From: an uncultured Gammaproteobacteria bacterium
GTDB lineage: Bacteria; Patescibacteriota; Microgenomatia; Levybacterales; UBA12049
Reading direction: 5' to 3'
Length of the DNA stretch: 64,000 bases
Assembly: GCA_964424775.1 (NCBI GenBank)
Contig: CAYRJZ010000002.1
Location: 141,806 to 205,805, forward strand
This document shows positions 59,137 through 64,000 of this stretch, piece after piece. The notes beneath the pieces were generated by a model, which was not told the origin of the DNA, made no database searches, and saw nothing but the letters and a program-made list of their open reading frames with translations. A program made the translations under genes and the position numbers. Within the stretch, counting starts at the first letter, position 1. Each line of letters begins with the position of its first letter.

Positions 59137-60435
59137 TTACTGTACCAAATTCTGTTGTGGAGTACTAGTTATTGCTCCTGCAGCTCGAAGCTGTTCTTCA
59201 ATTTGGAGAAGCCTATTATACTTTGCTACTCGTTCTCCCCGAGCAGGAGCACCAAACTTAACATAATCAGCTCCGATTGCTACAGCAAAATCAGCAATAA
59301 AATCATCCGTTGTTTCTCCACTTCGAGACGAAACAATTACTTTCACTCCAATATGACGGGCAATTTCGACAACAGCGAGGGTTTCAATAACAGTTCCTAT
59401 CTGGTTTGGTTTAATGACGATTCCATTAATAGATTTTTTAGAGAATGCCAGTTGTAAACGATAGGGATTGGTTGCGGTAAGATCATCACCAACGATGAGT
59501 GCTTTTTGGCTCAATTTTTGGAATAATAGTGTCCAGCTTTCCCAGTCATCTTCCTGGAGTGGATCTTCAACGTAAATACAATGGTACTTCTTGATGATCT
59601 CTTCATAAAGATTAATCAAATCTACAGGAATAATTGCAGATGCCTTATCTTTCATTTTGTAGTGTTCATCAATATAAAAATGTGTTGCTGCTGCATCTAG
59701 CCCAGTGAAAATATCGTATCCCAGCCTCAAACTTGAGTGATCGATCGCCTGACTGATAAGTGAAAAAGCATCTTCATTGGTATCAAGTATTGGAGCAAAT
59801 CCCCCTTCATCACCAGTCAGAATTGTTTGGTTACTTTTTTTTAACTCTTCTTTCAATTGTGAGTATACTTGTTTGCCCATTTGGAGTGATTCTGAAAATG
59901 TCTTATAGGAAGCAGGAATAATGAGTATCTCCTGGAAATTAATATTGTTATTTGCATGCATTCCTCCATTAACTATATTAAATGCAGGGGTAGGAATTTT
60001 CAGTGCAGTTTTTTCTTTTTGGATAAAGTTGCGAAGATAGACAAATAACGGGACAAAAGAAGATTTTGCTGCTGCTTTTGCAACTGCCATAGAAACAGGA
60101 AGAAGTGCATTCGTACCAAGCTTGGTTTTGGCGTGTGTGCCATCTAGCTCAATAAGCACTCGATCAATTTGTTGTTGCGCTGTTGCTTCCATGCCAATAA
60201 TTTTTGGAGCAATTGTTGTTGTTATTGCATCTACTGCTTTTAATACACCCATCCCCTCATATCTTTTAGGATCAGCATCTCTCATCTCGAAAGATTCATA
60301 TGCACCTTTTGAAATACCACTTGGTGCGCTCGCTTCTGCATCGATTCCATCACTGAGAACAACACGGACACTGACAGTTGGATTACCACGGGAATCAAGT
60401 ATTTCACGAGCAAAAAGTTGTTTAATTGTTGCCAT
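59137..60435 (-). CDS. eno: Enolase
   Basis: MATIKQLFAREILDSRGNPTV… and …SHRSGETTDDFIADFAVA… match enolase. Confidence 0.95.
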   Translation of the reverse strand: MATIKQLFAREILDSRGNPTVSVRVVLSDGIDAEASAPSGISKGAYESFEMRDADPKRYEGMGVLKAVDAITTTIAPKIIGMEATAQQQIDRVLIELDGTHAKTKLGTNALLPVSMAVAKAAAKSSFVPLFVYLRNFIQKEKTALKIPTPAFNIVNGGMHANNNINFQEILIIPASYKTFSESLQMGKQVYSQLKEELKKSNQTILTGDEGGFAPILDTNEDAFSLISQAIDHSSLRLGYDIFTGLDAAATHFYIDEHYKMKDKASAIIPVDLINLYEEIIKKYHCIYVEDPLQEDDWESWTLLFQKLSQKALIVGDDLTATNPYRLQLAFSKKSINGIVIKPNQIGTVIETLAVVEIARHIGVKVIVSSRSGETTDDFIADFAVAIGADYVKFGAPARGERVAKYNRLLQIEEQLRAAGAITSTPQQNLVQ

Positions 60436-60438
60436 ATC

Positions 60439-62694
60439 TTACCTCTGGAGTAATTCTTTTTCGACTTGCGCAATATTTTTTCGAACAGTATCAATAGCAT
60501 CGGGTGAAACAGAAACACTCGTCACACCCCATTCAACTAATTTTTTAACAAGTTGAGGATAGAGTGAAGGTGCTTGCCCACAGATTGAGGACGTAATTTT
60601 ATACCTGTGACAGGTCTTGATGATATGCTCAAGCGCCCAGAGAACTGCTGGGTTTTGTTCATCATACTCTGATGCAACTTCACTATTATCCCGGTCAGTT
60701 CCAAGTATGAGCATCGTTAAGTCATTTGATCCGATTGAAACTCCGTCTATTCCTTCCTCAATAAATTTATCAAGGAGAATGACATTGGATGGGATTTCGA
60801 CCATCATCAGTAATTTGAATGTAGGAGATCTGTGGAGGTCATTTTTACTGAGAATTTTTTTAACCTCACGTAACTCCTGAATATTTCGGACAAATGGGAT
60901 CATAAGAGAGAGATTTTTGAGATTGTGTTTGTTCCGGACTATTTTTATTGCTTCAAGCTCAAGTTCAAAAACCTCAGGATCATGGATGTAGCGATACGCT
61001 CCACGATACCCAAGCATTGGATTTGGTTCAACAGGTTCAAATTCTTTTCCACCAATAAGTCCTCTATATTCATTTGTTTTAAAATCAGAGGCTCTGTAAA
61101 TAACAGGGCGAGGATTAAAAGGTGCACAGAATTTTTCAAGAGATTCAGCAAGTTGTTCTACAAATACTTTTTTCTTTCCTTCGTGAATGAGTTTTTTTGG
61201 ATGAGTGCCGATATTTGCCATAATGAATTCAGCTCTCAGGAGTCCTATTCCGTCGACATGTCGGGTCGCAACTGATGCAGCTAAATCAGGCTGAGCCAAG
61301 TTGACATATACTTTCGTTGCTGTGTGAATGTTGTTACTTACGATAGTTTTTTCAGTTGAAGAGACCATTGTTGTTCCACCTTTGTAGATTTCACCTTTTG
61401 CTCCATCTACTGTAACGACAGTTCCAGACTTAAGTAGTTCAGTAGCCTTCTCTGTACCGACAACTGCAGGAATACCAAGCTCACGTGAGACGATTGCTGC
61501 ATGTGATGTCCTTCCTCCTTTATCAGTAATGATTGCAACAGCTTTTTTCATTCCAGGAACATAATCTGGATTGGTTTGAGAAGCAACGAGGACATCTCCT
61601 TGTTTAATTTTGGCAATATCATGAATACTTTGAACAAGAGTTACTGGTCCTGATGCTATCCCAGGGGATGCAGGAGAGCCGGTGAGGATAAGAGGTAGAT
61701 CAATTGGAGCAGCCGCGACTTCTTTTTTCTTAGAATCGATTGTGGTAATAGGTCTTGTCTGTACAATATATACTTTCCCATCCGCAACAGCCCATTCACT
61801 ATCTTGTGGGAAGTAATAATGTCTTTCTAACTTTTTTCCTAGAGCTGCAAGTTCAAGAATTATGTTATTTGATATTTTTTGTTTGGTTGCTTCGTCTTTC
61901 TTAACTTTTACTTCCTTATTAACTCCTTTAACCCGGTCAAGTTTCACATCTTGAGATGCAACAACTCGCTGAGTTATCTTTAATTCTGATTTATCTACCT
62001 CATAGTGATCTGGAGTCACTTGTCCTTGCACGATCATCTCTCCAAGTCCGTAAATGGCTTCAATAACTATTTTTGATTTGTCATTCGTAACAGGATCAAT
62101 AGTGAACATGATTCCAGATTTGTCAGATTCAACCATTTTTTGAACGACAATAGCAATTCCTACACGAAAATGATCATACTTTTGTTCATGACGGTAGAAA
62201 ATTGCACGTGGTTCGAAAAGGGAAGCCCACGCGGCGCGTACTTTTAATATGAGGTCAGCTTCACCACAAACGTTTAAAAATGTTTCCTGTTGGCCTGCAA
62301 AAGAAGCGCCTGGGAGATCTTCAGCAGTTGCTGATGACCTAACTGCTACTAAAGCGTCATCAAGCGGTCCACTTAACTGCTTGTATGCCTTAAAGATCGC
62401 GGCAATTAATTCATCATTCATTTCTTCATGCATAATCATCTTCTTGATGTGTGATGAAACCTGCATGAGTGAATCGGAGTTATCAAAGTTAATTGTTCCG
62501 AGCAGATGGTTAATTTTTGTTGTGAGGTGATTTTCTTTTATAAATGAAAAATATGCGTGAGAAGTGACAATAAAGCCATTAGGGACAGGAAATCCAGCTT
62601 GAGTCATCTCGCCTAAATTCGCACCCTTACCACCAACATGAGGTATATCATCTTTATCGACATCTTTAAACCAAAGAATAGAGGAGTTAGGCAT
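60439..62694 (-). CDS. ppsA: Phosphoenolpyruvate synthase (PEP-utilising enzyme family)
   Basis: N-terminal …LWFKDVDKDDIPHVGGKGANLGEM…. The phospho-His domain GGRTSHAAIVSRELGIPAVVG. A C-terminal PEP-binding TIM barrel. Confidence 0.85.
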   Translation of the reverse strand: MPNSSILWFKDVDKDDIPHVGGKGANLGEMTQAGFPVPNGFIVTSHAYFSFIKENHLTTKINHLLGTINFDNSDSLMQVSSHIKKMIMHEEMNDELIAAIFKAYKQLSGPLDDALVAVRSSATAEDLPGASFAGQQETFLNVCGEADLILKVRAAWASLFEPRAIFYRHEQKYDHFRVGIAIVVQKMVESDKSGIMFTIDPVTNDKSKIVIEAIYGLGEMIVQGQVTPDHYEVDKSELKITQRVVASQDVKLDRVKGVNKEVKVKKDEATKQKISNNIILELAALGKKLERHYYFPQDSEWAVADGKVYIVQTRPITTIDSKKKEVAAAPIDLPLILTGSPASPGIASGPVTLVQSIHDIAKIKQGDVLVASQTNPDYVPGMKKAVAIITDKGGRTSHAAIVSRELGIPAVVGTEKATELLKSGTVVTVDGAKGEIYKGGTTMVSSTEKTIVSNNIHTATKVYVNLAQPDLAASVATRHVDGIGLLRAEFIMANIGTHPKKLIHEGKKKVFVEQLAESLEKFCAPFNPRPVIYRASDFKTNEYRGLIGGKEFEPVEPNPMLGYRGAYRYIHDPEVFELELEAIKIVRNKHNLKNLSLMIPFVRNIQELREVKKILSKNDLHRSPTFKLLMMVEIPSNVILLDKFIEEGIDGVSIGSNDLTMLILGTDRDNSEVASEYDEQNPAVLWALEHIIKTCHRYKITSSICGQAPSLYPQLVKKLVEWGVTSVSVSPDAIDTVRKNIAQVEKELLQR

Positions 62695-62753
62695 TACCTA
62701 CTATTATGAGGAGGTGTTCAAGAATAATCAAGTGAATTTTATCTCTTCAGTCG

Positions 62754-62804
62754 TTGACATGCAGCTTCACTCAAACGTATAGTAAAGATAGCAGATTATT
62801 CTGC
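62754..62804 (+). promoter_or_regulatory. Sigma70-like promoter TTGACA-18-TATAGT followed by the dyad GCAGA-TTAT-TCTGC
   Basis: The -35 is at 62754-62759 and the -10 at 62778-62783. A perfect 5-bp inverted repeat at 62791-62804 lies between the -10 and the ATG at 62815. Confidence 0.4.
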
Positions 62805-62814
62805 ATTTTTTGCT

Positions 62815-63204
62815 ATGGCAAATATAAATTTAGAAGATTTTAAGGCACTGTATTTATCAACGGCAAATGAATATGTTCAGAAGATGAAAAGAGACTTTAC
62901 TGAGCTTATGCAAAACCCTTCAGCAAGTGAAGCACTTAATGAGCTTCATCTATCCTCGCATTCGCTGAAAAGTCAAAGCCTTGTCATGGGGTATACCACG
63001 ACAGGGGAGTTATCTCATTCAATTGAACGATTTGCTCGTGCATTGAAAGATAAAAATATTCCTTTCCCTCTTGAGTCTGGTGCTTCACTTGAAAAAGTGA
63101 TTACAGCCTTAGAAATGTCAATTCAAAAAATAAAAAATGAAGGCATAGAAGACTCACTGAGCTCGACGATAACAGAATTTGAATCAGTTATTACTAATTT
63201 ATGA
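62815..63204 (+). CDS. Stand-alone Hpt (histidine phosphotransfer) domain protein
   Basis: …ELHLSSHSLKSQSLVMGYTTTGELSHSIE… fits the Hpt HxxKG consensus. 129 aa, all-helical. Confidence 0.6.
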   Translation: MANINLEDFKALYLSTANEYVQKMKRDFTELMQNPSASEALNELHLSSHSLKSQSLVMGYTTTGELSHSIERFARALKDKNIPFPLESGASLEKVITALEMSIQKIKNEGIEDSLSSTITEFESVITNL

Positions 63205-63560
63205 AAATCTTACTCATTGAAGACGATTCTTTTTTTCAAAAGTTTTATTCGTTCAAGTTAATGGAAGCTGGGTACGAGGTCGTGTCTGCAATGGATGGCA
63301 ATCAGGGACTTGAGCAAATGAAAAATAATCGACCTGATGTTATTTTGCTTGATCTTATTATGCCTAACAAAGATGGTTTTGGAGTATTGGAAGAAAAAGC
63401 TTCAGATCCTGCAATTTCATCAATTCCAGTGATTATTTTTTCAACACTTGGCCAGGAAGAAGATATAAAAAGGGCGCTTGCGCTTGGAGCAGGAGATTAT
63501 GTGAATAAAAGTTTTTTTGATTTTGATAAATTGCTATCAAAAATACGTTCACTGAAATAA
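63201..63560 (+). CDS. Single-domain (CheY-like) response regulator
   Basis: MKILLIEDDSFF…DVILLDLIMPNKDGFGVL…VIIFSTLGQ…. Overlaps the Hpt stop in an ATGA arrangement. Confidence 0.8.
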   Translation: MKILLIEDDSFFQKFYSFKLMEAGYEVVSAMDGNQGLEQMKNNRPDVILLDLIMPNKDGFGVLEEKASDPAISSIPVIIFSTLGQEEDIKRALALGAGDYVNKSFFDFDKLLSKIRSLK

Positions 63561-63575
63561 GTCCATCCCTGCCCT

Positions 63576-64000
63576 ATGTTAATAACAGATGAACAACTAA
63601 AATCACTTTTGATAAGTGCAAAAATTTCGGATGCCCAAACCCTTGCATCCATAGAAGAGTTTGCAAAAACCTCTGACACATCTTTTTCGGACGCGTTACT
63701 TGAAAAAGACATAATTTCTGATGAGAATTTAGGAATTCTTATATCCGATCATCTCAAGATTCCTTTTGTTGTTCTCGCAAAGCTAACAATTCCTGAAGAA
63801 ACATTTTCAGTCATACCTGAGCGATTTGCGCGTAAGCATAAAGTTGTTCCGTTCTCTCGGGATGCTCAAGGTATAAAAGTTGCTATGGCTGATCCTACGC
63901 AGAAGGAAACAATAGAGATGATCTGGAGAAAAACAGGGCAAACAGTCATCCCACATTTGGCAACAGAACGAGATATTGTCAATATTTTGAGTATCTATAG
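63576..64000 (+). CDS. T2SS/T4P assembly ATPase (GspE/PilB-type), N-terminal domain only (truncated by window end)
   Basis: The frame is open from the ATG at 63576 to the window end. …DALLEKDIISDENLGILISDHL…PERFARKHKVVPFSRDAQGIKVAMADP… matches T2SSE_N (GSPII_E N-terminal) domains. The ATPase core would lie beyond the window. Confidence 0.5.
   Translation, partial: MLITDEQLKSLLISAKISDAQTLASIEEFAKTSDTSFSDALLEKDIISDENLGILISDHLKIPFVVLAKLTIPEETFSVIPERFARKHKVVPFSRDAQGIKVAMADPTQKETIEMIWRKTGQTVIPHLATERDIVNILSIY

Noticed and set aside
63576-64000. Calling the PilB/GspE N-domain a c-di-GMP-binding MshEN domain
   Set aside because: The canonical RLGxx(L/V/I)(L/V/I)xxG(L/V/I)(L/V/I) motif is not present (SFSDALLEKDII instead). 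It is left as a generic T2SSE_N domain.

Overview
The window reads as a gene-dense, low-GC, streamlined bacterial segment with short overlapping junctions. Its gene content looks like Candidate Phyla Radiation (Patescibacteria). That placement is inference from gene content alone. No rRNA, CRISPR array, transposase or integrase was recognised. Annotation runs left to right. It opens with the 3' end of ileS, then ftsW/rodA, rplU and rpmA, an orphan parB, lepB and a TehB-like methyltransferase. Two paralogous histidine kinase / single-domain response regulator cassettes follow, then def. Next comes an AT-rich pair made of an HTH protein and a hypothetical protein. About 17 kb (10.3-27.1 kb) is a co-directional glycan and extracytoplasmic glycosylation island. 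It holds two GT4, two GtrB-like GT2, at least four GT-C membrane enzymes, a Wzx-like flippase, a WaaL/Wzy-like ligase, two FkbM and three class I methyltransferases, and it ends at a membrane-anchored protein with tandem Ig-like repeats. After that sit a tRNA-Thr-like gene and one very long minus-strand array (28.1-47.0 kb). That array carries the complete atpBEFHAGDC operon, dnaE, a GGDEF diguanylate cyclase, gatCAB fused directly to murT-gatD (lipid II amidation), and lemA-htpX and polX. Downstream are tRNA-Asp, a LysM protein, tRNA-Gly, pyrG, rplS, yraN, pyk, uvrB divergent from lexA, rsmI, a YjjX-like NTPase, acs, eno and ppsA. The window ends with an Hpt / CheY-like / PilB-GspE-N-terminal operon that is cut off at the boundary. 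The observations most worth a second look are these. An everted parS-like inverted repeat straddles the rpmA promoter just upstream of parB. The GT-C-rich glycosylation island is large. The pieces of a possible multistep phosphorelay (three orphan receivers plus an Hpt) are present. The ATP synthase is unusual: it has a minimal delta subunit, a His/Glu-rich insertion in subunit a, and twin intercistronic hairpins. Palindromes in the uvrB/lexA divergent region are candidate SOS operators. The tRNA-Thr looks aberrant by manual folding. A TehB-like methyltransferase has a degenerate SAM motif. Two tRNAs, four candidate regulatory sites and 74 coding features are listed, and 23 separate findings are reported.
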